From the sequence record NC_047754.1: DNA of 64,000 bases. One strand, written 5' to 3'. A model generated the notes under the pieces. That model made no database searches and was not told where the DNA came from. It worked only from the letters and a program-made list of their open reading frames with translations. Positions 26,159 to 35,864 of this stretch are shown here, piece after piece (positions within the stretch are counted from its first letter, which is position 1; each line of letters starts with the position of its first letter). This stretch comes from Escherichia phage phiAPCEc03. Both the position numbers and the translations under genes were made by a program.

Positions 26159-26540
26159 TGTGGATAAGTCTGTGCAAAAGTCCCTATATCGCCGCCTATC
26201 GTGTCAAATTATTTTGTGCTGTGGATAACGTTGTGGATAACTTAAATGATAGTGGTTCTCACTTAGGCCGATAGTTTCTTATAGTTATTATTTCTTATAA
26301 TTATTATTTCTCATTAATTTATAAGTATATTATATATCATGAAATAGTTAGTTGGCTAATGAGATTTTCCGTGATTAATAGTCTGCTAATAATTTAAGCC
26401 GTTACAATCCACCAGCATGATTATCATCCTAGCAATTATTAGTCTGCTATCTTTCCGATGCATACTAACAGATAAAAGTCAATTAATTTATTTTATAAAA
26501 TAAGTAGTTATCCACTGGAAAATAGAAGTCAAGTGGATAA
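26159..26540 (+). promoter_or_regulatory. DnaA-box-like 9-mer cluster, mostly in reverse orientation
   Basis: TGTGGATAA at 26159-26167, 26220-26228 and 26232-26240; TTATCCACT at 26507-26515 and AGTGGATAA at 26531-26539. Confidence 0.55.
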
Positions 26541-26987
26541 CTAGGAAAATTTCATTTTTGCTTCTGGGGATAAGTTATCAACAAGGCTAGAATGCGCCTA
26601 AAACGCCCTAGAACGCGATGAAGTTTTTAGCCATCTCATCATAAAGGGATAAGCCGTTTATCGCTGTCACGAGCTTTTTAGGTTTTGTCAAGTAGGGCAA
26701 AGTAAATATAAATGAAAAAATTACTTGCCTATTTGCTATGTTTTGTGGTATTCGCGCGCCCGTTTCTTTCAATTTTAGGCCGTCGCCGCACGCCGTCCGG
26801 TGGATCGTGTCTTTACGTTTCTTTACAAAAATAAGGTTGCGCCATTTTCGGGAATCCCCTATTATTTATCTCGTAGGGCGGCAATGACGAACTACACGGC
26901 GGGAAGTTTACCACCACGCTCTTTAAAAATTGGGTACATCTTAAAGCCTATCGGCGGTAAACTTATTCATTATAAGGAATCGACGAT

Positions 26988-27191
26988 ATGAAACAAACGC
27001 TTTTGATCACTGGCAAGCCTATTAAGGCACTAGATATCAAAACAAAAAACTTGTTGACAGTAGCACAAAGATCAGTAAAATATAGATTCACGCAGTACAA
27101 GAAAGGTCGCCAGCAAGGTTTAGAAATGATCTGGCGAAATATTATGATTGACTTGAAAGAAAATCATAAAAAACTGCAAAAAACCGCTTGA
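26988..27191 (+). CDS. hypothetical basic protein
   Basis: 67-aa ORF with AAGGA RBS. Confidence 0.4.
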   Translation: MKQTLLITGKPIKALDIKTKNLLTVAQRSVKYRFTQYKKGRQQGLEMIWRNIMIDLKENHKKLQKTA

Positions 27192-27216
27192 CAACCTAGC
27201 CGATAGGTTTTAAGAT
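27188..27216 (+). promoter_or_regulatory. sigma70-like promoter
   Basis: -35 TTGACA, 17-bp spacer, -10 TAAGAT. Confidence 0.4.
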
Positions 27217-27420
27217 GTACCCAGTTCGATAAGAGCGATAACTTGATAAAATTTGACGGTCGGTGCTTACCATAATGCATCCCGCCCCCCTAACTGGGAT
27301 ATAGCGGCCTACGTGGAGTTCTTTAAATCGATTATACTGGCGAGCGGATTGTTACTTATTACCTGCTACTTTCTAGCAGGTAATGCGGAACAATCCACCA
27401 AATAACTCGGAGTTTATATT

Positions 27421-27672
27421 ATGCAAAACGTTATTACCGCGCCTAAAATTGGTCAATCCGTCTTCATTCCTTTCGTTACTAAAACGGATGAATTAACCGG
27501 AAAGGCTGAACGCATTAAAGGTGCGGCGCTTATGCCGTTCGATACAATCGACGCGGTATATGCTGAAAATGAACGTAGTAACAACGGCAAACCTGTTTTT
27601 AACGTTCGCGTTAAATCCGGCGACGTTGTAAAGGTTGTTCAACGTAACGAAAAATGGGAAGCTGTTCTGTAA
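27421..27672 (+). CDS. hypothetical protein
   Basis: 83-aa ORF with GGAG RBS. Confidence 0.6.
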   Translation: MQNVITAPKIGQSVFIPFVTKTDELTGKAERIKGAALMPFDTIDAVYAENERSNNGKPVFNVRVKSGDVVKVVQRNEKWEAVL

Positions 27673-27770
27673 TTTAGTGTTAACTTTATATCCCCCTTAT
27701 TTCAGGGGGATATAACGATTAACATTAAGTTAATCTAATCCCTTAAATTAAACTAATAGGAGTTTATATC

Positions 27771-28178
27771 ATGACTAACGTTAAAACCGCAAAATTCGCA
27801 TGGAATGAAGAAAACACTCAGAAAGCTGTTTCCATGTATCAGCAGTTAATTAATGAAAACGGTTTAGATTTCGCAAATAGAGACGGTTTAAAAGAGATTG
27901 CAAAAGCAGTTGGCGCGGCTTCCCCTGTATCCGTTCGCTCAAAATTGACCAGTGCAAAAGCCTATCAAAAAAGCGATAAGCCGCGTAAAGTTGGTGGCGG
28001 TAGCTCTGTGCGTAAAGCTCACTATGTGCGCGTTATCGCTAAACATGCTATTGATTCCGGCATTATCAAAGACGCCGACGATCTGGCAAGTCTGGAAAGT
28101 GCAAAACTTGAAACGCTGGACGCAGTAGCGCAACTGTTAGGCGTTGCCGATGAAGTAAAACAAGCCGCAGGCGAATAA
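27771..28178 (+). CDS. A2: A2-like pre-early protein (tentative)
   Basis: 135-aa ORF next to the A1-like gene; size matches what I recall for T5 A2; assignment rests on size and synteny only. Confidence 0.4.
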   Translation: MTNVKTAKFAWNEENTQKAVSMYQQLINENGLDFANRDGLKEIAKAVGAASPVSVRSKLTSAKAYQKSDKPRKVGGGSSVRKAHYVRVIAKHAIDSGIIKDADDLASLESAKLETLDAVAQLLGVADEVKQAAGE

Positions 28179-28269
28179 TAGTTATACCTTGCCCCCTTTT
28201 AGTGAGGGGGCAATAATATAACTGTTTAGCGATAGTTATTTTCTTCCCTTAAATCAGGAGTTTTAAAAA

Positions 28270-28467
28270 ATGATTTTCTTTCCTACTGAATCATTAATTC
28301 TAGGCTTGTTTATTATGGCGGCCTCATTATTATTTGCTTATTTTCAAAATGATTTAGATTCATATTATTTTAAACGTAAATCTAAGTTAGCAAAACGTTT
28401 GGGCTTGCTTTGTTTTATCGCTGCCGTTGCTTGTGGTGTTAGTTCTAGCCTAATGCCTTTAAATTAA
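28270..28467 (+). CDS. small membrane protein
   Basis: 65-aa ORF with two hydrophobic segments. Confidence 0.5.
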   Translation: MIFFPTESLILGLFIMAASLLFAYFQNDLDSYYFKRKSKLAKRLGLLCFIAAVACGVSSSLMPLN

Positions 28468-28557
28468 TGTTGCAAATTATAACGCCTATTATTCGAGGCG
28501 TTATATTTGGCAATATTGCCGTTATTAATCTAATCCCTTTAATGGAGTTTTATTACT

Positions 28558-30228
28558 ATGATTATTTCCGCAGAAAAACAAACCGTTATCCTGAAAATGG
28601 CCGCTGACTTTAATTTCTATGGTAAACGTCTGCGCGCTACTAAACTGGAAGTCTGCGACGATATATCAAAAGCGGTCTACGATACAACGAAGCATTCAAC
28701 CGCTATCTGCGACTGGCTGGAAGCAAATAAACCAGCTAAACCGAAAGCGGCAAAAGTAGCAAAAGCCATTAAAAACGATGAGCGCCCAGAAGCGGCGGGG
28801 ATTGTTTCTAGTACGGTTGAGCAATGGGAAGTAAAACAGGGTAAACGCTTTATTATTACGTCGATTCAGAATAATACTTTCCCACATAAAAACTTTTTAG
28901 CAAGTCTGGAAAAATTCGCTGAATATATCGGTGCTGATTTGCTTGTTTCTAAGTATATTTATAATAAAAACGGCTTCCAGAATGGAGAAGGTGCAGACGG
29001 TATCAAATACGATCCCGCATTTGATAAATATATTTGCAGCAAAAACGTGTTTTTAAATAACCGCCGTTTTGCTTTCATGGCTGAAATTAATGTTTTGCCT
29101 ACCGCAGACTATCCGCTTTCAGGATTTGCAGAAACTGCAACGGCTTTAAATATTGAAGGGCTGGCAATTGGTCACGCTAAAATTACCGCTGAAAGCGTGC
29201 CAGCTTTAAAAGGTGAAGTAGTGCGCCGTATGTATTCAACCGGAACGGCAACGCTCAAAAACTACATTCAGCAGAAAGCAGGACAAAAAGCCGAGGCGCT
29301 GCATAACTTCGGTGCGCTTATAGTTGAGTTCGACGACGACGGGGAATTTTTTGTTCGCCAGCTTGAAACAATGGACGAAAGCGGGGTGTTTTATGATCTG
29401 AACGTTTGCGCTACTCCTGCCGGATGCTATGAGACATCGGGGCATGTTTTAGGCTTGCAGTATGGCGATATTCACGCCGAAAAATTAGATGAGGAGTGCG
29501 CCGCCGCATCTTGGGGGCATGGTGATACTTATGGGCTAGTAGATATTCTTAAACCAAAATATCAGTTTGTGCATGACGTTCACGATTTTACATCCCGCAA
29601 TCATCATAACCGCGCATCCGGTGTATTCCTAGCTAAACAATACGCCGCCGGACGTGATAAAGTTCTGGATGATCTTATCGATACGGGGCGCGTGCTGGAA
29701 TCAATGGAACGTGATTTTAGTCAAACAATCATTGTTGAATCTAATCACGATTTGGCGCTATCCCGTTGGCTTGATGATCGTAATGCTAACATCAAAGACG
29801 ATCCAGCAAACGCCGAGTTATATCACCGCCTGAATGCTGCAATTTACGCGGCAATCGGTGAACACGACGAAACGTTTAACGTGCTAGATTATGCGTTGCG
29901 CAAGGTTGCAGGTTGTGAATTTAACGCCATTTTCCTGACCACTGATCAATCTTTCAAGATTGCAGGCATTGAATGCGGCGTACACGGTCACAATGGCATT
30001 AACGGCAGTCGTGGCAATCCTAAACAATTTAAAAAATTGGGCAAGTTAAACACGGGGCATACCCATACCGCCAGCATTTATGGCGGCGTATATACCGCTG
30101 GCGTTGCTGGTAGTCTGGATATGGGTTACAACGTTGGCGCGTCAAGCTGGACGCAAACGCATTTAATTACCTATGCAAATGGTCAACGCACTTTGATTGA
30201 CTTTAAAAACGGTAAATTCTTTGCATAA
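28558..30228 (+). CDS. A1: A1-like pre-early protein, metallophosphoesterase-family nuclease
   Basis: 556 aa; calcineurin-like motifs GDIH, SNHD, GVHGHNG and GHTHT in canonical order; size matches T5 A1. Confidence 0.7.
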   Translation: MIISAEKQTVILKMAADFNFYGKRLRATKLEVCDDISKAVYDTTKHSTAICDWLEANKPAKPKAAKVAKAIKNDERPEAAGIVSSTVEQWEVKQGKRFIITSIQNNTFPHKNFLASLEKFAEYIGADLLVSKYIYNKNGFQNGEGADGIKYDPAFDKYICSKNVFLNNRRFAFMAEINVLPTADYPLSGFAETATALNIEGLAIGHAKITAESVPALKGEVVRRMYSTGTATLKNYIQQKAGQKAEALHNFGALIVEFDDDGEFFVRQLETMDESGVFYDLNVCATPAGCYETSGHVLGLQYGDIHAEKLDEECAAASWGHGDTYGLVDILKPKYQFVHDVHDFTSRNHHNRASGVFLAKQYAAGRDKVLDDLIDTGRVLESMERDFSQTIIVESNHDLALSRWLDDRNANIKDDPANAELYHRLNAAIYAAIGEHDETFNVLDYALRKVAGCEFNAIFLTTDQSFKIAGIECGVHGHNGINGSRGNPKQFKKLGKLNTGHTHTASIYGGVYTAGVAGSLDMGYNVGASSWTQTHLITYANGQRTLIDFKNGKFFA

Positions 30229-30284
30229 TTAAATTATTCCCCTAGCGGCTTGAAATATAGTCGCTATTACAGGAGTCACAAAAA

Positions 30285-30542
30285 ATGAAAGTTACATTAC
30301 CCAAAACATTGGACGAAAAAGTATTCATTTCACCGGATGAAATGGAATCCGATAAAGTTTACAGCTTCGGGCCTATCCTAGCCGCCAAAACTAATACTGA
30401 TGGTATTATTTCCGTCGATTCCCGTGATAATGATGTTGTTCCTTTTGATGACTATGGCGCTTTTTATGAATGGCTAAGTGATAATAATCTACCCGTAAAC
30501 GGTGAATTAACGCCGTACCAAATGCAGATTATTATCAAATAA
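30285..30542 (+). CDS. hypothetical acidic protein
   Basis: 85-aa ORF with AGGAG RBS. Confidence 0.55.
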   Translation: MKVTLPKTLDEKVFISPDEMESDKVYSFGPILAAKTNTDGIISVDSRDNDVVPFDDYGAFYEWLSDNNLPVNGELTPYQMQIIIK

Positions 30543-30580
30543 ATTAAATTCCTTATTAAACTAACTGGAGTTTTATAAAT

Positions 30581-30973
30581 ATGAAAAAGCAAAATATTCC
30601 ATTTGATCGCGCTCAGTCTTCCATTGTTCTGGTTTATTCTAATGGCGAACGTTACCACGTCGAGGCGGGGCACGTTATTGATGATCTATTAGATTTCAAT
30701 GACGCTTTACAGGTTACAACATTCGCATATACGCAGGGCAAACTAACCAGCCATATTAAAGCAAAAGGCGTTTATGTTGATACGGTGAAGCAAGAAACGA
30801 TTATCATCGACGCCGTAAAATCCGGCCTTGCCTTTGCAGTTGTCGCGCCTTGCCCCGCTTGCCTTGATGATCAATTGATTTCTGCAAAAGTATATACTTG
30901 TGCTGGTATTCGTTCCAGCGTATCAGGTGAGGATGTTAGTTTTATTGCCGATGCGTTGGCTTATGGTCTTTAA
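30581..30973 (+). CDS. hypothetical protein
   Basis: 130-aa ORF with GGAG RBS. Confidence 0.6.
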   Translation: MKKQNIPFDRAQSSIVLVYSNGERYHVEAGHVIDDLLDFNDALQVTTFAYTQGKLTSHIKAKGVYVDTVKQETIIIDAVKSGLAFAVVAPCPACLDDQLISAKVYTCAGIRSSVSGEDVSFIADALAYGL

Positions 30974-31053
30974 TAGTTAATTTATTATTACCCGCTTATA
31001 AATAGCGGGTAATGCTGAAATAACTAAATCCCTTTAATGGAGAACGTAACAAA

Positions 31054-31788
31054 ATGAATCAAGTTAAAACGAATATTACCCGTAATTTCCCGCATATTTC
31101 CCGCGTCATGATTTGGGATCTGGACGGCACTATCATTAATTCTTTCCATCGTGTAGCGCTTTGCTTTGATAGTGAGGGCAATTTAGATTTAAATAAGTAT
31201 AAAAATGAAGCCTGCAAACATCATTTAATAATGCAAGATACTTTATTGCCATTAGTTGAATACATGCGCCAGTGCATGAATGACGCAAATACTTTAAACA
31301 TTATTTGCACCGCTCGACTAATGAGCAAGTCGGACTATTATTATTTGCGCAAACAAGGCTTGCGCGGTCGTGGTAATAGTAATATCCGCGTGTTTTCCCG
31401 TGATACACTGCATAAATATTTTGAGGCTGATAAAGTTAGCGAAATATACCACAGCAAGGACGCAGTATATAAATCTTATTATTTTGAATTATTCAAACAA
31501 CTATACCCAAACGCTGATTTTACAATGATTGACGATCATAAAGGCGTACTATCAGCGGCGGCATCATACGGATTTAAAACGCTGGACGCGCAAGCCGTTA
31601 ACGATATTCTATCAATCGGCGTGACATTGATAGGTGAAACCTTTATTGATGAATCCCTCGATGATGATAATGATTATCAATTCCTAGCTGACCGTTTAAA
31701 ATTATGCTGGGAAGGTATGACCGAGGAAGAACGCGCAGAATATAGTTGCAGCCCGCAACAATATATTGAGAAATTAAAAGTTGCGTAA
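31054..31788 (+). CDS. dmp: HAD-family 5-prime-deoxyribonucleotidase
   Basis: 244 aa with HAD motif I (WDLDGTI) near the N-terminus; size and position match T5 dmp. Confidence 0.6.
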   Translation: MNQVKTNITRNFPHISRVMIWDLDGTIINSFHRVALCFDSEGNLDLNKYKNEACKHHLIMQDTLLPLVEYMRQCMNDANTLNIICTARLMSKSDYYYLRKQGLRGRGNSNIRVFSRDTLHKYFEADKVSEIYHSKDAVYKSYYFELFKQLYPNADFTMIDDHKGVLSAAASYGFKTLDAQAVNDILSIGVTLIGETFIDESLDDDNDYQFLADRLKLCWEGMTEEERAEYSCSPQQYIEKLKVA

Positions 31789-31963
31789 TAATTAAAGTTG
31801 AAATAGTTTCATCCTGCAATTAAAATGGTTGCAGGATGAAACAGTTACCCTGCTAATAGTAACGGGGGTGGCGGTTAGCAGACTAAGTATTTCCGCCGGA
31901 GGCAGTGAGCACATCTTCATGTGTAATCTTAGGAAATTTGGCAAAAAGGTTAATTAGCGCTAA

Positions 31964-32461
31964 TTAATTATGGTTTGCAAACTCACCGTGGTAATGCTCC
32001 CTGGCTTTTCTAAGTTCTTTTTCAGCCTGCTCAAGAGTTTTAAAAGTTCCTATGGTAATTCTATTACCATTTACACGTAGTTTTGCTTCGAACTTTCCCT
32101 CCCCGCGTTTATATACTCCCTTAACCCCTGTAGACTCATTCTTCCATCCCGAAGAGTTTTTTCCATTCTCTGCATTTGTTGCTTTACGTAAGTTATTCCA
32201 CCTATTGTTGAAGGGGTCTTGATCTTTGTGATCAATGAGAAATTCACCTGGGTCTTCTCCTGTCATGTATAGATACGCTACCCGATGGGCCTTATATAAC
32301 CCATTATTACCCATTGATAGGGATATTCCTGAACTATTTCTACTACCTGCTGGTTTACCTTTACGACTCCCTGAATTCCAAGTAAATATACCTGCCTCTG
32401 GATCATAGTCATATTTTTTCTTATATTCTTCTAATGATAGAAGAGGTTTATGATTTGCCAT
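31964..32461 (-). CDS. HNH homing endonuclease with AP2-like domain
   Basis: Core AHRVAYLY...IDHKD...NNRWNNL, C-terminal GVYKRGEGKFEAKLRV; paralog of 16419-16955. Confidence 0.6.
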   Translation of the reverse strand: MANHKPLLSLEEYKKKYDYDPEAGIFTWNSGSRKGKPAGSRNSSGISLSMGNNGLYKAHRVAYLYMTGEDPGEFLIDHKDQDPFNNRWNNLRKATNAENGKNSSGWKNESTGVKGVYKRGEGKFEAKLRVNGNRITIGTFKTLEQAEKELRKAREHYHGEFANHN

Positions 32462-32666
32462 TTATCTTGAATCTCCTCCGAGAACTTCTTGAGCCATCAT
32501 TCCACTCCCGCTCAAACTCCGCACGTTTCTCTTCAAACTTCCGCTCCCTTTCCGCAATCTCCCGCGATACTTCCGCAATATATTTACGATGGCTGTCGAT
32601 AGCCGCAGTCATTCCGAAAATTCCCGCAAGTATCCCGATAATAAAAGCAATTATAATACTAAACAT
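32448..32666 (-). CDS. small membrane protein
   Basis: 72 aa, N-terminal transmembrane helix then charged tail. Confidence 0.45.
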   Translation of the reverse strand: MFSIIIAFIIGILAGIFGMTAAIDSHRKYIAEVSREIAERERKFEEKRAEFEREWNDGSRSSRRRFKINGKS

Positions 32667-32853
32667 CTAATTCCCTCTCAATTTGCAGAATACGGGTACT
32701 ATCACAACGTTGCAGTTCTACTAATTTTTCTATAGCAAATTGTTGCTGCTTTACCTGGGCCTCTAGAGTTTTTAGGCGAACATACGCGTTATAAGAAACA
32801 ATGAAAGTTGCCCAGACTAGTATTACTATTAGTGTAGCTACTACTTCCATCAT
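32659..32853 (-). CDS. small membrane protein
   Basis: 64 aa, N-terminal transmembrane helix. Confidence 0.45.
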   Translation of the reverse strand: MMEVVATLIVILVWATFIVSYNAYVRLKTLEAQVKQQQFAIEKLVELQRCDSTRILQIERELDV

Positions 32854-33261
32854 TTACGTTTCTCCAGTAATAAAATTTCAACTCTAGCCAAGTGATTATC
32901 TAAAATACATTGTCCGATAATAACAACCCCTAGTAATGCAATAATTACCCATTCCATTAAATCCACCCCGCCATAGCTGCTAACCAAAAACCTACGAAAA
33001 TAAAGAATAGGATAGTTCCGAACCCAAAACTATTTATCCAACTCTCATACACCTCTCCGCGTCTATTCTTTCTTTTGTTTGACATATCTTTCGTGCTCCC
33101 ATAAATGTGATATTTAAAATATTTTATAGTTTGTGTATAACCGACCGTGCTTGTGAACTCCTAGAAGGACTCCTATTTTTCTTACCTAGTGGTTTCTGCC
33201 AATATACCATCCAAGAAATAAAAAATTTAGTTTACTTGGATGTCTTTTTGTTTTATACTAA

Positions 33262-33528
33262 TTACAGGTAATTAGATTGCTCTAGTTTAAATTTACAATC
33301 ACCATATTTAAGGTCAAACTGACTGAGATCCCACCACCCAAATTTAGTACGGAGCTGTACTACTGGAAAGCGATCTCCCTTAATACGAACTTTTTGAACC
33401 TTGAGACCGTAATGTTCTTCTCCCGCACCACCAAAAGATTTTACAAATCCCGTACAAAATGGTTTGGGAGCAGGTGCACAACCAGATAACATAACTACGG
33501 CAACTAGTGCAATTACAAACTTTTTCAT
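33262..33528 (-). CDS. llp: lipoprotein, Llp-like (receptor-blocking lytic conversion lipoprotein)
   Basis: Signal peptide with lipobox LSGC; divergent from the adjacent receptor-binding protein gene as in T5 llp/oad. Confidence 0.6.
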   Translation of the reverse strand: MKKFVIALVAVVMLSGCAPAPKPFCTGFVKSFGGAGEEHYGLKVQKVRIKGDRFPVVQLRTKFGWWDLSQFDLKYGDCKFKLEQSNYL

Positions 33529-33613
33529 ATTTATCTCTCCATTTCTAATTTATGAATCTATTATAGCAAAATAGAGGGATGAAAGCAAATACATTTTTAT
33601 AATAGGAGATTAT

Positions 33614-35371
33614 ATGGGTTTTTTCGCTGGAAAGTATAGCGATGGTAAGACCGTACTATCTTTAAATACTGAATCTGGGGGTGACATTAATCGTCACTAT
33701 AGTCCAAATAATAATAGTATTTTTCATAGTGATATGCCATTTGTCCTAGTTGATGGTACTTACGAGGCTGGGTTAGGTGATGCCGGAAATGGGTTTTTCG
33801 TATGTCAGATGCCTCCTGATATAGTAAATATTAAATCTAATGATCCTGGTAGAGTTATACTAACTGCTATTGAAATTAACGGCACTCACAGAGCTTTTCT
33901 TAATGGTACTCAGAGTAAGGTTGGTCAAACTATAGTTGCCACTCAAGCTGATCCCTTTAGATCTTTTGCTAGTGTTTCTCAAACTAGTGGATTTGCATTT
34001 GGTAATAGTCTAGCATCTGGAACTTATAATTATAATTCATCGATAGGGCACGAAGAATCTATCTCTAGGAGTGGCACAGGGGGTACTACATTACATAGTA
34101 CCTACCATGGGATAGTTAGGCCCGGTGCGGGAGCTCCTGTAGGTGTTACTGTTGCAGAAGCTTTTGCACAATTAGGGTTTCCTACTAACAGTAGCACAGT
34201 ACCTGTAGATGGGAATAACCCGTACTATTGGGATCCTGGATGGATGTCGCCTCTAGGAGCAGCACATAGAGGGCATGATTGGTTTTATGTTTGCAATTCT
34301 AATATACGTGGGTACGGTGGGGTTAGGCAAGGGCTCCCAGGTAATGTAAATACTATGTACCACGACGGCGGGAACAGATTTGTTTGTAGGGGATCTACTA
34401 CTAATCTAGCTAACCAGTCGGGTGACTCTACAATACTACAGGATTGGTATAATATAACTCCTACTAAGGTTATTTGGTATGTTCTTAACTTAAGGTACTC
34501 AAATGGCGGTATGAGTATTTCCGGCAATCCCTTTACTGGTTCTGATATTCTTATATCTCCTTCTAATTTCATAATTAAAGGGGTAAGTCTCCCGAATACT
34601 GGATATAAATTTATAAATCAGAATGCTTTTGGTAACCTAGGTTACCGTCCTGATATGGAGTATATAGGGAATAACGCAGCGTATACTGGGGTTTTTGGGG
34701 ATACCACGGCAAGGTGTGAACTTGTAGGGTCTAGTAATGGAGGATTATGGTCTCCTGTAGACTATGGTGGAGCTAAATCACAGATTAGCATTTATAGGTT
34801 CGGAGTAGGTAAACAGTGGTATGTAAACTCTAACGATAATACTATTGGTAACGAGCATGGAGTTGTTTGGGGACCATCAGCAGTTCCACTGCGACTTTTT
34901 GGTGGAAATGTAGGTAGTTCTTATATGGGAGATGATATTACTCCTAGCTACCCAGGAACGGGTGATAGATACGTTGGTTTATCAACTATTGGGCTAGGTA
35001 TACCAGGCGGAAATGCTACAGTAATTCTTACTACTGAAGTTATATCAGGTAATCTTAATTGTGCGGGTGTTCCAGCTAATACATGGAATAACGGTGTGTT
35101 TCAAGTGCAAGGAAGAAGAGCATATAGCTATAGCGGCGGGGATGCAATATTCCACCAGATTTTAACGCTACCTGTGGGCTATCTAGTACCTTTTCATACT
35201 ACATCTGCTTTTAGATATACACCTAACAATGCTCTAAGTAGAAACAGTTTTATATATACAGTTAAAAATCTAGGAAATGGAAATGTGGAGTTAGGGGTAG
35301 TTATGCACGTGAGTTTGGGTAGTGCAGTTTTCCTACCTAGATTAAGAGTAACAGTTCAACGCCTTACCTAA
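33614..35371 (+). CDS. receptor-binding tail protein (pb5/Hrs-like)
   Basis: 585-aa Gly/Asn-rich protein adjacent and divergent to llp; call by synteny. Confidence 0.55.
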   Translation: MGFFAGKYSDGKTVLSLNTESGGDINRHYSPNNNSIFHSDMPFVLVDGTYEAGLGDAGNGFFVCQMPPDIVNIKSNDPGRVILTAIEINGTHRAFLNGTQSKVGQTIVATQADPFRSFASVSQTSGFAFGNSLASGTYNYNSSIGHEESISRSGTGGTTLHSTYHGIVRPGAGAPVGVTVAEAFAQLGFPTNSSTVPVDGNNPYYWDPGWMSPLGAAHRGHDWFYVCNSNIRGYGGVRQGLPGNVNTMYHDGGNRFVCRGSTTNLANQSGDSTILQDWYNITPTKVIWYVLNLRYSNGGMSISGNPFTGSDILISPSNFIIKGVSLPNTGYKFINQNAFGNLGYRPDMEYIGNNAAYTGVFGDTTARCELVGSSNGGLWSPVDYGGAKSQISIYRFGVGKQWYVNSNDNTIGNEHGVVWGPSAVPLRLFGGNVGSSYMGDDITPSYPGTGDRYVGLSTIGLGIPGGNATVILTTEVISGNLNCAGVPANTWNNGVFQVQGRRAYSYSGGDAIFHQILTLPVGYLVPFHTTSAFRYTPNNALSRNSFIYTVKNLGNGNVELGVVMHVSLGSAVFLPRLRVTVQRLT

Positions 35372-35381
35372 AGGAGGAAAT

Positions 35382-35864
35382 ATGGCAAATGATGTATTAG
35401 TACCAGATCTTATGTCCCCTGAAGGGATGGATGTGATTGAAGCTTATTTACAGTGCGGCAGCGATGTGCCTTCTGCCGCACGTAGTCTTGGAATGTCCGA
35501 AATTGCTTTCCGAGATATTATGAATCGTAGTGAAGTTAAGAACTACTTAAATGATATTTTTATGGAAAGTGGATTCCGTAACAGGGATCGTTTGTTTGGT
35601 GTTCTAGATGAAGTTATTAAACGTAAACTAGAGGAACTGGAAGAAACTGGCATGGGTTCTGACCAGGATATTATGGATATTCTCTGGAAAGCACACAAGA
35701 TGAAGATGGAAGAGATGAAAATGATGGTAGAGTTAGAAAAAGCTAAAGCTGCCGTTCGAGCTCCTGCTAATCAGACCAATATCCAGAATAACATTATTGC
35801 TGGAGCTGGGGATCAAAACTACATGGACTTAATTACTTCCCTGGCTACTGGAGGTAAGAAATAA
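35382..35864 (+). CDS. putative terminase small subunit
   Basis: 160 aa, immediately upstream of and abutting the large terminase gene. Confidence 0.4.
   Translation: MANDVLVPDLMSPEGMDVIEAYLQCGSDVPSAARSLGMSEIAFRDIMNRSEVKNYLNDIFMESGFRNRDRLFGVLDEVIKRKLEELEETGMGSDQDIMDILWKAHKMKMEEMKMMVELEKAKAAVRAPANQTNIQNNIIAGAGDQNYMDLITSLATGGKK

Noticed and set aside
26800-26991. 63-aa ORF with GTG start in the pre-early intergenic region
   Set aside because: No RBS, starts with GTG in a region containing promoter-like and repeat elements; more likely noncoding leader.
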